Positions 62,911-64,000 of a stretch of DNA of 64,000 bases are shown here, in pieces. The notes beneath the pieces are model-generated. The model ran no database searches. It had not been told where the DNA came from and saw nothing but the letters and a program-made list of their open reading frames with translations. The stretch is from Batkoa obscura. Lineage: Eukaryota. The translations under genes and the position numbers were made by a program. Numbering within the stretch: the stretch's first letter is position 1; every line of letters begins with the position of its first letter. The DNA lies in contig JASVEC010000001.1 in the NCBI GenBank assembly GCA_030770535.1, positions 1,426,001 to 1,490,000 of the forward strand, in the 5' to 3' direction.

Positions 62911-63621
62911 ATGAACTCAAAATTACTCTTAGCTTTATTCATTCAATTAACCCTTAGTCGTTCCATTGCTTTGAATCGACGTCACGAGAATGAGGATCAT
63001 GGTAGTATGAGTATCATGCCAGTTAAAGAAGACATTAGTCCAAGTGGAAATAGTAATGAAAATGCTGCTGTTCCACATGAAACTAAATTTAGTAGTAATC
63101 CAATTGTTAATTTACATGAAGATAAATATGAGATGTATACGAATCCTAATGGTATTTATAAGTGTAAAGCGGAATATCCAGAAGATGGAAAAAATCCAAA
63201 CAATCAACAACAGAATCAAAGTCAACAACAAAGTCAACAGAATAGTGGAGAAACTCAAAACAATCAACAACAAAACCAAGATCATCAGCAAAGTCAACAA
63301 AATCAACAACAAAGTCAACAAAACAAAAGCCAAACCCAGAATAACCAACAACAAAACCAAAATATTCAACAGACTCAACAGGTCCAACAACAAAATAGTG
63401 GACAAACTCAAAATAATCAAAATAATCAAAATACTCCACATCCAGAGCATTACGATGGACATCAAATGAATAATGAATCACGAAATAAAGATAGTTACAC
63501 ATCAACTAAAACTCCTACACCTTTACCTGAAAAGAAAACTAGTTTATTAAATGGAATACCCGTAATCGGTAATATAGCATCCTCTTTGGGAATCGATTCA
63601 TTGTTAGATGGGATCTATTAA
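62911..63621 (+). CDS. Secreted Q/N-rich repeat protein (family D) with the shared IPVIG tail
   Basis: Signal peptide, LNRR-HENEDH, QQSQQ / TQNNQQQNQ repeats, C-end SLLNGIPVIGNIASSLGIDSLL. Confidence 0.85.
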   Translation: MNSKLLLALFIQLTLSRSIALNRRHENEDHGSMSIMPVKEDISPSGNSNENAAVPHETKFSSNPIVNLHEDKYEMYTNPNGIYKCKAEYPEDGKNPNNQQQNQSQQQSQQNSGETQNNQQQNQDHQQSQQNQQQSQQNKSQTQNNQQQNQNIQQTQQVQQQNSGQTQNNQNNQNTPHPEHYDGHQMNNESRNKDSYTSTKTPTPLPEKKTSLLNGIPVIGNIASSLGIDSLLDGIY

Positions 63622-64000
63622 GTATGAGAGGAAGTGGGATATTTATAGTTTGAAACTAAGGAAATAAATATAATGTTAGTTATTATTATAAATTAAAAAA
63701 TAATATTTTCTTTGAAGTTTTTATGAAGTTGAATGTTTTTATGAATTTCTTTTTAAATTTTTGTTTTATTTTCATTAATATTATTTCCATTTCAGATTAA
63801 ATTAAGAATTTGACATTATCTAAAAATAAATCCAAGTTATTAATTTTTTAATTGTGTTATATTAATTAAATATCCTAGATTAATAGTCCACTACCTTTAG
63901 AATTCTAATTAAGTTTTAAAGGCTAAATAGGAGGTTTTAATAATACAATTCGTAAAAAATTTTTAAAATTCAAGGACCTTAAGGCTTTGTGTTTTTTATT

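Noticed and set aside
51606..63505. Hydrophobic or Lys/Ile-rich ORFs at 51606-52040, 51713-51974, 63044-63505
   Set aside because: Alternative frames or antisense of the Q/N repeat gene and its pseudogene
1..64000. tRNA or rRNA genes
   Set aside because: No cloverleaf or rRNA signature recognised by eye; a tRNAscan/Infernal run would be needed to exclude them

Overview
Very AT-rich eukaryotic DNA with short GT-AG introns (GTAAGT donors). It is almost certainly fungal, and the gene content (class A-like GPCRs, F-box/LRR genes, Zn2Cys6 factors, GH18 chitinase) suggests an early-diverging lineage such as Entomophthoromycotina (inference). 1-25 kb is mostly housekeeping: symplekin 3' end, a YEATS2-like gene, a WW protein, an ALDH3-type dehydrogenase, CPA1, two GPCR-like genes, an MFS transporter, F-box genes and an NFKBIL1-like gene. 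CPA1 carries an unannotated arginine attenuator peptide uORF that overlaps its start codon. 25.6-63.6 kb is an accessory region dominated by about 14 genes and pseudogenes for small secreted proteins. Most have a signal peptide, a Kex2-type dibasic site and Gly/Leu-rich repeats, and many end in an (I/L)PV(A/V/I)GxxL..G.G(L/V) tail. They are arranged as an inverted pair of divergent gene pairs around a GPCR and a chitinase, followed by a tandem array undergoing birth and death. The window also holds 11 copies of a ~100 bp MITE, a ~650 bp near-perfect palindrome, a 5'-truncated LINE remnant and several decayed genes. Exon boundaries and repeat ends were read by eye and are approximate.
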